Assembly: GCF_038025025.1 (NCBI RefSeq)
Contig: NW_027117348.1
Location: 186,001-250,000, forward strand
From: Phyllosticta citribraziliensis
Taxonomy: Eukaryota
Direction of reading: 5' to 3'
Length of the DNA stretch: 64,000 nt
How positions within the stretch are numbered: the first letter of the stretch is position 1; the number at the start of each line of letters is the position of its first letter. The notes beneath the pieces were generated by a model. That model worked only from the letters and a program-made list of their open reading frames with translations, was not told the origin of the DNA and did not search any database. The position numbers were made by a program, and so were the translations under genes. Shown here piece after piece: positions 48,761-61,155 of this stretch.

Positions 48761-50595
48761 CATGTTCTGCAGCCAGTCATTGTGCTCGCCTCTGCGGTCA
48801 TTCTCGCGCATCCCTTCTCCTATTTACAGCTTGGTGCTCCTGACCGAACCAACCACTCGTGGTTGGATACACTTCAGCGTCTCTCTGGAGGCGGCAAAGG
48901 CTCACCTAAAAGAAGCTGGCGAGCAACACTTCCGCTGGCTCATGGTGTTTTCCCGCCATGTCCAGGACCGGAACAGCGCGGCAAACCCCAATGGCATGCT
49001 GGCCGTTGGCAACGGCGAGCAGTACGGCCGGGAGGGCCGCCTCTTCTGAGTTCCGTGGGCGATGACCTTCGCCCAAAGATGCTCAAGCGCCTCGCGCAGG
49101 GCCATGAAATCCAAATCCCTGGCAGAAGAACTCGCCGTGTAGATTCTCGACACACTCTTCAACGGAGGAGCGCCGGGAAGAGGCCTGAACACCATCACCC
49201 GGTTCAGATCGAAAACGAGCCGCCTGATCGCCTTCAGCTTTGACTGTTCGGCGGTCGTTTTACGCTTGATGCTCCTGACCGACTTGCGTTGACCCAAAGG
49301 TCTTCAAGAAGGCCACCATGCAGACATCTTCTGAGCCAACGGCACCGGGAAACCGGGGCCAGGCAAAAGCGACTCCGCACAGCCCAACCATCCCCTCCCA
49401 AACTCGACGAGCTCCTCGCCCACTTGAACATCAAAGACGACGACGGTGGCGAAGAAGAAGAAGAAGAAAGGTCACCGTCCGTCTCCCCTCCCTGTTGGAC
49501 GGACCCGACATGGCAGGCTTGAGGGTGCGTCCGTGGCATGGGAGCGCCTTGCTTGCTCCCTACCGCTTCTTTGAGGTCCAGGGTCAACACCAAGCAGCTC
49601 CCAAGGGCCACTCGCTCATCAAGCGGCAAACTCGTCTGCACCAATCCCGTCCGTGGCCTGAAGGCAGTGCGACATATGATCGACGCCATCGTCGAACCAC
49701 AAAGAGAGGTCCACGACCAGCACTCCAGCAGCGACAGCCTTTGACCTTGAGGTCATGGATGTACAGCAGGCTCGCTGAGGGTTACAGAAGTCATACATGG
49801 GGAGGGTCGAGTCAGGCCGGTGGCAGACAGAGCGAGGAGCAGCTGAACAATATCAGTGTCGGAAAGGACTTCCTGATTTCTGGCGTTTTCTGGTTGACGA
49901 TCAACACCTCACCTCTCACATCTTGCCCAGCGGCACAGAAGCGTCTGAATCCGCGGGACTGAGTGCACCCCGGCCAATTGCATTGATTCAGTACGACAAT
50001 GCTGGTCTCTCTGTTCTCGGGTGCAGTCGAACGGAGCGCGCGAAGGCTCCAAGTGCGCTTTTGGCGAGTCTACACTTGATGCTCCTGTCTATCTTGTCCA
50101 ACAACTACCAAATTGTGGTTCGTTGGTCAAGATCGCAGTGTCTGATGGAGGGTGAGTGCTTCGAAAGAGGTGGAAAAGGGGTGCTCTTCGCAGGGCATTC
50201 GGATGGATTGACGCTTCTGCGCTTGGTGCTCCTGACCGATACCCACGCGCTCAGCGGGAGGAGGCGTGGCAGAAAGAGTGGGAGGATGGAAAGGAGGATG
50301 ATGGGACAGCAGCGGCGCAAGATAGACAGACAGACAAACAGCGCAGAATGGAAATCTCCTCCCCGACTTACTGCATCACCAAACCACCATACCCCTTCCC
50401 ATCCAACCGCCCATCCCCCGCCAAGGGAACCACGCCAAGCCATCGAAAAAATCTTCGTGCTCCATCTCTCCATCCATCAATCGAATCCGACAAACGCCCG
50501 CAGCCAAGCAGCCAAGCAGCTTCACGACGTTCAATCTTCGTCGGCAGCGAGCGCCAGCACCAGTCCGGTGTCAGGCGGCGGCCAAGCGGCGAATG

Positions 50596-53350
50596 CGACG
50601 TTCGAAGTTGCGTCGGCTGCGGTTAGTCGAGCCGATTCTGCTGCGGTGGCGTGACGTGAGCACCTGGGAGAGCCAGGGCGCGAGGCGGGATACTGGATTA
50701 GGGAAGGAGGACGGTCAAGAGTCGGTTATAGGGTCAAGGCCGCGGTGGGCCCGATGCCTGGTTGCTGGGTATCGCCGAGGACGTGTCGGACATACCGACT
50801 GTGATGGACGGGGGAGTTGTTGGAGAGATGCGAGAAGATGGGAGAAACAGGGGGGTGCCAACCACACACACACTCCCCGTCTAAAGAAGTGTCAAAAACA
50901 AGCCTTCGGGAGGATCAAAGGCACGTCCACACCTACCGCACACCTCATCCTCCAGTTCAGTCCAATTCTGCTACCTACCCGGCAATTCAACCGGTCGCCC
51001 CTCTACCACGGTTCCGGTTCCATTTCACAATGGGGTACGCCACAGGCGCCGCGCGCCGGCGCGAACCAACCCACGCAGCAGTCGCGCCCGCGACAGCCCA
51101 GTCGCCAAGCGCATGGCACGACGTTTGAAGTTGCAATTTTTTTCCTCCGTCGGTCGGTCGGTCGGCCGGTCGGTCGGCGTGTGGCTGACAGACACCCACC
51201 GGACCATGCCGTACGTGGCTGACGTCGGCCTGGCGGACCGATTGGTTGCTTGGCCGAGCCGAATGGCGTGGGTGGATACACACCCGGCGAGTATTGCGTA
51301 CGATGGAATATGGATGTGATGGACTGATGGGTTTGTTGGAGAAGGTTAGGGGGTTTGGTTGATTTGCTGTTTCGTCGGTGGTCAGACGCAGTAGTTCTGG
51401 CGCCGGGGAGTGGTCCTTGTGGCATTCATGTGTACTGATTACTTCTTCGCCATTTTTCCTTCTCAATCGCTCAAAAGAGCTATGCTAAATTGACAAAAAT
51501 CGCCAGTCCATAACGAGGAAGATTTAAACGAAATGTAGAGACGAGAATGCAGAATGAAATCCCAGAAGCAAAATACAGTAACCAGCCAACTCACCAACTC
51601 CACCCGTATACGCGGAATAGACATCAGACGCAGAATATCCCTTCTCGCCTCTTCCACTTTCTTCTTTCCATGTCTGACCGACCACCGCCCCAGATTAAAG
51701 ACAGTAAAAGCTCTGCGAAAGAGAGTTCAGATAGATAGACAGATGCCAGCACGGTGCCCCCCGCTTCATCCTCCAACATATGTAAGCGCCGGAAATAACA
51801 AACTACACAGGGAGGCGTCGTCATACAGCCGGCCGTGCGTAGGTGCGGGCGGGCGGTTGTACCCGGCCAAGGCAGGGGTGGAGTGGGTCAGATCGGTGTG
51901 GCACAGCATAGCGCAGCGCAGCGAAGTTTGGGGTCCAGTGCATGACGGCGCGGGAGATGATGATGAGGGCAGAAGGAGAATATGCAAAAGAAGGAGAGGG
52001 AGAAGACCGGAGAAAGAACGGAGGCAGGAGTGCGACAAAACTGTTAAGTGAGCAACGCGCCTCAGAGGAGTGGACGCAGACAACAGCGCCACGCCACGCC
52101 ACTCCACTCCCTCCACTCACTCCCTCCCAAGCAGCGCGATCGCGATCTCAGGGCGCCTCCTCCCGGACCCACACCCCATGTACACACCAGCCGTCCAGCA
52201 TGGGTGCGCATCCTCCGCTTCCCCTTCTAACCGTGCCAGGCAGTCGTCGCCGCAACTTCGCACGTAGCTGAATGACTCTACTCCGTGTTTGCGATAACGC
52301 GGTGGAGCCGCCGAGGCCTGGCGGTTTGGTTCGCTCTGCGCATCTCTCCCCGACTCTCTGCCTGCCGCTTCCCAGCGTCCACCCTGGAATGGACAGGGTG
52401 GGTGGAGACGCAGGGGCTGGTTGGTTGATTGGCGTGTGTGGAGGACTGGAGCGGAGGAGGCGTTGTTTGGCTGCATATGTGGACTGTGGTTCATGCTGTA
52501 GTGGTGCTGGTGTCACAGGCCACGCAAGGCTGACGAGGGGAGAAGTTTGAGTCCACTTCCCATATGCTGTACACATCAGTCAACAACCGTGTCGATTCGC
52601 CTCTGCTTTGGTCGGCGCTGCAAAAGCAACGCAAGACCATTCAAACAAAAGTTTAATCCTGCGCTCTATTGAAAGCCCGCAGTGCCAGAGTAGACCCCCT
52701 CTCTTGACGCCACTGTCCTGGCATCTTTGCCACGCGCGCGCCAATCGCCACATACACACATATACTTGTGCCGTCACCCTTGCCTGACTGCACGCCGCCC
52801 CCGCAACTTCAAACGTCGCAACATGACTTGCATCACAGACTGCCCATGAGGGCGGCGTGGTGGCTGTGGTGGCGGCGGCAGCGGCGGCGAGGAAAAGTGA
52901 CGTCAGCCGGTCGGATACTTGTCCACGGCGCGCTCGTGTGGCGCGGGACGAGGAGGGAGGGAGGCAGGACATCGCGTCGAGGCACCTCAGCGGGCTGACT
53001 GACGGGCTCGAGTCAGGAATAGGATACCTAAGGCGGACTCCTGGACTGCAATGGTGGAGCCAGCAGCGGCACCGAGTGAAGATGGACGAACTGAGGACAT
53101 CGCATCCCACGAGAAGAGTGCGGGAAATGCAAAAAGTCAGACGGAATGATGGACCACCGTCTCCCTGTCACACTGTCAGCGACACTGACTGATTGACTGA
53201 CGTCAAACGGGTCGATCTCCCGCCCGCTGCGGCTATGTCGTCACTCGCCTCCCGCGCTCCCGTCTGGTCGCCCACCATGCGAGACGAGACGCGCCGCAAG
53301 CAGCAGGGCGCGACGTACGGCCGCCCGGCGATTTGCAACTTCAAACGTCG
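50596..53350. promoter_or_regulatory. Four copies of the 16-bp motif CGACGTTYGAAGTTGC (candidate cis-element)
   Basis: Forward copies are at 50596-50611 and 51119-51134. Reverse-complement copies are at 52803-52818 and 53335-53350. The regulatory role is inferred. Confidence 0.5.
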
Positions 53351-55803
53351 AACCCGCGACTCGAGGTATCTTCGGCGGCGCCAAGTGGGTCCGGCGCGTC
53401 GCGGTTCGAGGCGAGGTGTCGAGGAAGTGGAGCGACGACGACAATCTTGGGTCGGTCCAGGGAAGCGTTGTGGTGATTCCTGTACCGGGCGGAGAATCAC
53501 GAGATGGTGTTGGCGGACGACGGTGTGGTGTTGGACGGACACGCGGACGACGAAGTTTCGGAACCGCGCCAAACAGGACCGACCGGCGTGAGGAGACAGA
53601 GTTTGACTGGACAAGACGAGGAGAAGGATTCCCAAGACGTGAATACGACTGGCGTGGTACAGAGTTGGGAATAAGCAGACAAGTCCCTACCTACGGATTT
53701 TCGGCTTGGCTCTGCACCACGGCATCCGGCGCGGTACCAAAGACATCTTGTCATCGAGAAAGTCGTCGCGACGAGCAGGCCATGTCTGTCAACCGCGTCG
53801 ACCATCTCGACAAGCTATGCGCCGGCCGTGCACACGATGTTGCGGCCTGAGGCTCACATTCCCGGCGTCCATGGAACAGTCGGCAGAAGCAGCAGGAAGA
53901 TTCCAACGCGCGCTGGCGACCCCTTTGCATCCAGAGGCGCCGACGCGACGGCCGGCCGAACGAGCGACACTGATCCAACGCATCCATTCCAGGAGTGAGT
54001 GGCTCAGACGACAGTGGGCAATGCCACAGCCATGCCACGGACCCTGAGGCGCAGTCGCCGTCGTATCCGCGTAAGTTGCCGTGCAGTGGGTGGTCCAGTC
54101 CAACAGCGTCGAGAGTACGCAGAGTCGACAGAAGAGCGGGGACAAGAAGGACGGATTTCTTGGCTGCTGTCGCGCAACGAGAAGAGGCAACGTGGCCTCT
54201 TCGAAACGAAACGAGACGAGACGAGACGACGGAGACGAAACGAAATGGAGGCCTTGGCGTCTGCAGGTCCGTCGCCGTGAGCTGCCTCGTGGTGGACCGA
54301 CGCCAGGGGCTGAACTGAACTGACGGATTGACTGATCGATTCTCCAACCAAGGAGGGGCAAACAGGTCACCTGACGCGGTCGATGGATTGACGAACATCA
54401 GATCCTGTGTCCAAACAAACAAACAAAACAAACATCACAGAGAAAAAAAGGAGCGAGTGACGCACATCACCGCCACCGCGCCCCCTTTTCCCCTGATGGA
54501 CAGAAAGATGGACGCTGGGCTAGAGAGTGGCAGCTCGTATATACTGCTGCATTCTACCCCTCCTCGTACTCCCACTCGCACGCACGTCATCCCCTGCCAT
54601 GGCCAGAGCTTCCCTCACCCCCTCCGTGCCAGCGTCATAGCTCCCACCCCGTTTCGTCCTGGCCGGACCTAGCACTGGAACGCCCTACCATCAGCATTTG
54701 CTACGCAGCAAAGCACGCAAGCAAGCAAGCGACATGTAAACAACAGCAGCAGCAGCAACAGCCGCTGCCCAGAAGCACGCCAAATGAACCCGGCCCTGAA
54801 GTATCACTTCCCAGTCCTAGTGGGAGGGCTGAAGTTGCAGAACGAACTGTACCCAGCTAGACCGGACCAGGCGCGCCGCCGCCGCGCCGTCGAACGAGCC
54901 GGCCCGGCCGCTGCCACTAGGTGCTAGTCAGCCAAGCAGGCAAGGTGGCACCCTGGACCGGCGGAGAGGAAGGACACGGCGAGGGTGAGAGACGCCCTGC
55001 AGTGCAGCTCGTCATCAGCGCAGCAGCGCGTGTGAAGCCGCCGCTGTGGTCGGTGGATGAGGAGCGAGGAGCACAGGATCAAGTCCCTGAATTGCTGCTG
55101 CTGATTGGCGGGGATCAGCAGTGCTCCTGTACATCCGTCGTGTTGATCATGTCCCAGGGCGAGTTGGGGGAGGGGGGATTGGCGTGGCGTGGCGTGGCTT
55201 CTGGAAGGCCATCGATCCGTAGGCAATTGGTAGGCAGCCCTGAGACGAACTGAGACGAAGCGAGTGGATGAGAACACGTTCCAGAGCGCCAGTGGATAGG
55301 AATTGAAACGACACACCCAATCCCTCTCCACACAGAACTAACCATTCAATCCCTCCATCCACCCACCGATCCATCAAACAGCAAAACAAGAGGAACCCCG
55401 CGGCGTTTATTGCGTCAGCGGGGTGAGCTGCTGGCCGCCTGGCCGCCGCCGCCGTTGGTTGACCCTGAAGACTGACCACTGCCCTGGCCAGCGGTGGACT
55501 GTGACTATTGGACAGTGTGTAGGTACGAGTAGTGGAGGCAGTGGAGCTACGGGCCACGAGTGGTCCAGGTGTCCGTCCGTCAGTCCGTCATCACGAGCTT
55601 CCATCAGTTCCGGCCGGCCCTGCCTGTGCTGTGGCCCCTCCCCTACATGTATGCATGTATACATAAACCCCCTCCCCTCCCCATACACCCTATCCCTTTC
55701 TCTCCCTCATCAACCCTACATCCAACAAACCAATCCAACAAACCCTCCTCCAAACCCACCCAAACCACACATACCTAGCTCGCTTCGCTCGCTAGCATCC
55801 AAC

Positions 55804-56266
55804 ATGTCCTTCCACCTCTCCGCCGAAGACATCCGCATCGACGACAACCACATCCTCCGCGCCCGCCTGCGCACCGAGTCGGGCGACTGGAACGACGCCG
55901 AGATCGACCTGGACCAGCATTTGGGGAACCAGGATGGTGTGTACCCCTATCCCCTTCTCTACAAACCCCATCCCCACCCCTCGTCTCCCCCTGCCCTTCC
56001 GAAATGCCTGCTCAGCAGAAGCTCGTTCGGCTAGCGCCTCACTCGCGAGCTCCGACTGACGCATCCGCTCGCTCACAGGCATGATCCACTGGGACGGCGC
56101 CAACTTCAGCCACAGCGCCGAGAACGTGACCTTCAGCATCGAGGGCGGCGGCGAGGTGCCCGTGCTGCGCGCCTACCTGCGGTCGATCGAGGGCGAGGAG
56201 TACAGCCGCGACGTCAACCTCTCCGAGAGGATCGAGAACCACGATGGGCGGTTTGTCTACACTTGA
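55804..56266 (+). CDS. Cyanovirin-N homolog (CVNH) lectin, cytoplasmic type, 106 aa
   Basis: Exons are 55804-55936 and 56079-56266. The translation MSFHLSAEDIRI..ILRARL..AEIDLDQHLGNQDG.IHWDGANFSHSA..VLRAYL..DVNLSERIENHDGRFVY is a typical two-repeat CVNH. Confidence 0.92.
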
Positions 56267-56428
56267 TTTGTGCCTATGATGGCACAGGGGGGAGAGGAGG
56301 ATGGTAGGGGGAAGCGGTAGCAGACAAGAAATCAAATCAAATCAGAATACCAGTGATTGGGTCTCCGTATCTACACGTGTGTGTACAGTACAGTGGCTCT
56401 ACATGTACGTTGGGTATGCTAGGCTCAC

Positions 56429-58051
56429 CTACGCCGCGGGCAACACCGCTCTGAACACCAACGCCTGCGTATCGACACTCTGCCCGCTGCCGTCGCTGTA
56501 GCGGAACGATCCGCCGTCGAGGTAGCCGTCTTGCGTGATGAAGTCGTTGTCGCTGAGCGAGAGGATGTAGACGTCTTGCCCGCCGTCGTCGCCATCACCC
56601 TCTTCAGTATCCCCCCCGCCCTCCCCATCCCCACACCCCCCACCCTCCAGCACAGGCACCACGACCAAACTCTCCCACTTCTCGCTCAACAGCCCCTCGC
56701 TATCCTTCCCACCGTTGCGCAGCCCAAACCGCTTTAACTCCTTGTCAACATTGTAGTCCAACCACGGGCAATAAGCCGCCGGCACGACGTCCTCCCTCAG
56801 CACGCCGTCGTCTGAGACGACAGACCCGCCCGCGGCGTCGACGCCATCCAGCGAACGCAGGTCCGTAGCGTCAGCAACGTCAAACACGTCGACGTGGCGG
56901 TACACGGATTCCGTCTCGTCCTGCGCCCGACCAGCGCCCGAGTCGCGTGCCAGCACCAAAAACTGTGTCTCTGAGAGGGCGACGATGCTGCTCTGGCCCG
57001 CGACGCGCGTCTTGCCGTCGGCGTTGGTGTAGAGCGGGAGCGGGACGACGAACTCGGCGGCAAGCACGGATGGGGAAGATGTAATGTCGTATTGTACGAG
57101 GCGGGCGTAGCGGGAGGTGCTTTTGGCGGTGCCGCCGTCTTGGATCAGAGCCGATTGGAGCAGCGCCGAGAGCGTGGTGCCCGACGGGGAGACGGTAAGG
57201 CCTTCGAAGCCTTGGTTGTTGGTGCGGCCGGAGGAAGGGTCGGGGGGGACTGGGGCGAGCGAGGGGGCGTAGAGGGGCGGCGAGTCGGCGGAGAAACTAG
57301 GCGTGGGAGGTTAGCAACGATGTTTCTGCGGGGGACATGTGAGGTACCTCTCGCTGCCGTTGCGGATGGGAATGTATGCCTCTGGCGGCCGAATCGCTTC
57401 CTCCATGCGGCCCTCGGACGAGAATTTGTAAATGTACGGCCCGTATTCATCACTAACCCAGAACCCGCCGTCGGATGCGAGCACCAGGCCCTCGGCGTCG
57501 ACCGGGACGCGTCGCCCACCGCTGCCACTCCGTCCAAAGCCGTCCCCCGTGTACGTCGCGACGGGGAGGTCGGGGAAGCCGGGGAAAGATATGGTGCCCG
57601 AGGCGTCGGCGTCCAGGCCCGTCAACGGCGCGCCATCCGGGGCCTGGTATAGTATCGTGTCGAGGTACTCGAAGGACAAATTCGGCGGCGCCGGGTCGTC
57701 GGGCGAGGCGCTGGCATTGGGGGCAAACGCGACGGCAAACTTGTGGACGCGCGGGATGTAGTTGAGCGTGCCGTTGGTGTTCCACCCGCGGTCCGGCTGG
57801 GTCCACAAGACGCCGTTGTACGCGTGGGACGACGAGTTGTAGGTCCAGCTGCCGGGCTCGAGCGCGACGGCGGAGCCCAGGCTGCCGAGCGTGTCGCCGT
57901 ACTTGTCGCGCGCGGTGCTGGGGACGGTGCCGAAGCCGGCGAGGGCGCGGTACGTGTATTTCTGGCCGTCGCAGGTGGTGGTGTTGACGAGGGCGTCGTG
58001 CGCAATGGAGCAGCCTGCCAGCGCCAGGGCTGAGAAAAGAATCGTTAGCAT
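56429..58051 (-). CDS. Secreted phytase-like/esterase-like beta-propeller protein (~523 aa)
   Basis: Exons are 58051-57348 and 57296-56429. It has signal peptide MLTILFSALALAGCSIA and motifs QPDRGWN, DAEGLVL..FWVSDEYGPYIY, NNQGFEGLT, FLVLARD, EKWESL and LSDNDF. The 5' end could have an extra exon. Confidence 0.85.
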
Positions 58052-58497
58052 TGCGGCTGCGGTACAATGAGACAACGTACCTCACGGCGCGCTCGCGCTT
58101 AAGAGGTACATGGCGACTGCTGGAGTGACGGCATCTCAGCTGAGGCGGTGCGGCGAATTGGTGAGATTGGCTGGTGGTAATATCCAGGTACGCGAGTGCC
58201 AGGGTGCTGCGGCTGGGCTAAATACGCGACGGCCAGACGATTCAGCATGTTGTCCAACGTCGCACGCGTATTGGTCGTTGGCAGACGTGGGGGCGGCGCT
58301 GTTGTCTCGATGCGGGTGAAGAGATGGAGATGGAGTCGTGGTGTTGAGGTTGGAGGCCGGCCACGACTTTTCCGTCTGCCATATCAGACCATGACATTCG
58401 CAGGGCGTGCAAGACTCCAGACGCTGAGCCGAATGCGAAAAATGTCCAGCAAACTCTGCACAATGTAGTCCTCCTCATCCTCACCATCTATCTCATC

Positions 58498-59085
58498 ATG
58501 ACCGTCGCAGCGACCCCCACGCCCTTCACCATCCACCCCGCGCGGACCCCCCACGACTTCGTCGCCGCCGCCACCCTCTTCCGCGCATATTACGAGTGGC
58601 TCAACGTCGACCTGACATTCCAAGACTTTGCGGCTGAGCTCGCCTCACTCCCCGGAAAATACGCCCCGTCACGCGGCGGCGAGCTCTTCCTCGCCCTCCT
58701 GACGCCCGCCGACGGCTCCCCCAGCGACCCCGTTGGCTGCATCGCCCTGCGCGACATCAGCGGCGTCGTTGCCGACTATCGAGCCCGGACGGGCGGCAAC
58801 GGCGCCGTGGCGAAGACGCCCAGGGTCGCCGAGGTCAAGCGCCTGTATACTCTGCCGGCCGCGCGAGGGCTGGGCGTCGGCTCGGCCCTGGTGGCCGCCA
58901 TTATGGACGTTGCGCGGCGCGAGGGCTACGACGAGGTGCGGTTGGATACGCTGCCGCACATGCAGGGCGCCATCAAGCTGTATTCGCGAGAGGGTTTCGA
59001 GATGGCCGACAAGTACTATGACACGGATCTGGAGGGCACCATTTTCATGAAGTGTCTGCTCAAGGGTGAGGGAGGTCTCTCGTAG
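58498..59085 (+). CDS. GNAT family N-acetyltransferase (195 aa)
   Basis: Motifs are FQDFAAELASLPGKY, VGCIALR, AEVKRLYTLPAARGLGVG and VRLDTLPHMQGAIKLYSREGF. Confidence 0.92.
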   Translation: MTVAATPTPFTIHPARTPHDFVAAATLFRAYYEWLNVDLTFQDFAAELASLPGKYAPSRGGELFLALLTPADGSPSDPVGCIALRDISGVVADYRARTGGNGAVAKTPRVAEVKRLYTLPAARGLGVGSALVAAIMDVARREGYDEVRLDTLPHMQGAIKLYSREGFEMADKYYDTDLEGTIFMKCLLKGEGGLS

Positions 59086-59935
59086 GGTCGGCCGTTTTCG
59101 CAGGCTAGAGGACGATGCCAAACGATGTCAAAGAGCCTCTGCTTGCTGTTAGATGCTGCGTTTGCTCGGTAGAAAGAGTTGGGGTCACCAGAAGGTAGAG
59201 CTGTGAGTATCTCCAAACTTCAGCCAAGAATTCTGCTGAGACAGCGCAGAGAGGAATTTCAGCGGCATTATAGACGTGATAGACGAGCGCATGTGCGAAT
59301 GTGGGCGTAGAGAAGTCGTCGAGGGAACAATGGTGGTGGTCGATGGGGACAGTCCCGTTTGGGTTAGCGCCTTTTGCACCTTCCTCAGTCGACTCAACAC
59401 CATCAACTTCATCTCTTCATTTCCAACTTCTTCTGTCTCTCTCTCTCTTCTTCCTCACCACCTCTCCTCTGTCTTCTGTGTGGCAGCTCGTGTCTCTTCT
59501 TCTTGCGGCTTCGCATCAGGCCGTTCTTCACCTCTTAAGCCTGTCCGCTGCTCGCTGCTACGACGGGCACCTCGCGCTGCCTCTTTTGCGCCTCTTCACG
59601 CCAGCCATCCTGCTTCTACCGCCTCTCGACGCCTGATTCTACGCGTCTCGCTGCTCGCTTACGCGTCGGGCTCTTCGCGCTTCACCGTCTCTGGCCGAAT
59701 CACGCGAGGAATTCCTGTTTTTTGCCCCTGCTTCAGCTCCGCAAGCGTCTCTTAGACAATTTACAGACCGCTGTGCATTCTTGACGGCTTTCCTCGCATG
59801 TGTTGACTTCGAATTGTCGATTGAGCGGAATCCAAACAGAGCGTGTTCTGACGCTCTTCTTCCTCGACCCTGCATGGCCTGATCTGCTTTGCTTTCAGAA
59901 ACGCAGACAACTTTCTCCGGGAACTGAACAGGGCA

Positions 59936-61155
59936 ATGTCAGACTATGAATCAGACTCGGACTTGGGTCCAGATGGAATGGTAGGACAATCATAGCATCC
60001 CGAAAACCTACCACACAATTTGCTAATGCTCAATGTGCGCAGAAAGGCTTTTACGACTGGTTGTCTTGGAAAGGATCTGTGACTCGTTTTGTGTCACCCG
60101 GTGAAGGCGGCGAGCCCGAGGATTACGATTTATCCCGCTGCCAAAACCCCCACAAGGGACCGCCTTTTCGATTTCTTGATCTCCCCAAGGATGTCAGATT
60201 GCTCATCTACGAATTGGTCCTTGGAAGCCAAATCATCAGAATGGGTTACTACTACTCGATTTACTCGTGGAACATGGGTAGATGCTTTTACTTCACGGCC
60301 CCACGCCTGGGTGGTGGGTTGGTCGTACCCGAGGACCATCTCGATCTGCGCAACGAATACAGAGGACCCTACGCCTCGTTTATCGGATCCCCCCCGCACC
60401 CAGCGACGCCCTGGCTAGAACTCAGTCTTTTGAGCGTGTGCAGGCAGATCCACGAAGAGGCCCGGGAGATTCCGTTCAGGAAGAACATATTCGTCCCTCT
60501 TGGGGCCAAGTGCTACGACGCCTTCTTCCAGAGGATCATGTCTCCCATTCAGAGCGGCTGGATCCGGTTCCTCACAATCGTCGTCTGTCTTGACTACTGC
60601 GGTCCTCCGAAGCCAGGATTGTGGTATGGAACAGCTCGCTCACTCCCAAATCTCGCCAGCGTTCATTTCGTCATCAAGATCGACTTCACCTACGATTGGG
60701 GTGATGTCACTTACAGCCCGGCTTGGTGGGCTGATGATAAGAACTACGATTCCGAGTGCTATCCTCTCCTCGCCGAAGATGTCCATAAGATTCCAAACTT
60801 GTTTCGTCTTCTCGCTCATTCCAATGCCGATACGAAAGTCTCCATCAGCATTGACGACACGGCGGTAACAAGACGGATTCGAAATCCGCAATACGGCGTC
60901 GAAGACATGGATGACGACAAGCACATCAAGTTCTGGATGTCTCGAGTGAAAACCCTCGATAAGCCATTTGAGAAGCAGCTTGCCAAGGATGGACTGCGGC
61001 GCGGAACTCTGCCGTGGATCGACGCCTATGTCATGAAGTTTCTGTCCTTGACCGAGGCAGATAAAAAGATCTACGTCGACGAGTTTCAACGTCGCTTGAC
61101 CGAGAGACCGACGATCCTGCAAGAAAAGGTGAAGGAGGCGGGAGAGGAAGAGTGA
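59936..61155 (+). CDS. Hypothetical protein with an F-box-like N-terminal motif (FLDLP.E/D.R..IY family), ~385 aa
   Basis: Exons are 59936-59980 and 60043-61155. Motifs: PFRFLDLPKDVRLLIYELVL..LSLLSVCRQIHEEAREIPFRKNIF. Confidence 0.75.

Noticed and set aside
47213..50234. CRISPR-like array interpretation of the recurring 13-mer and 180-bp units
   Set aside because: The context is eukaryotic, spacing is irregular (about 150-800 bp), the intervening sequences are partly homologous to each other and no cas genes are present.
49797..55700. Numerous 100-285 aa ORFs in the long intergenic region
   Set aside because: They have low-complexity R/P/S-rich composition, overlap in all frames, include microsatellites such as (GTCG)n, (GAGAC)n and (CAAA)n, and show no domains.
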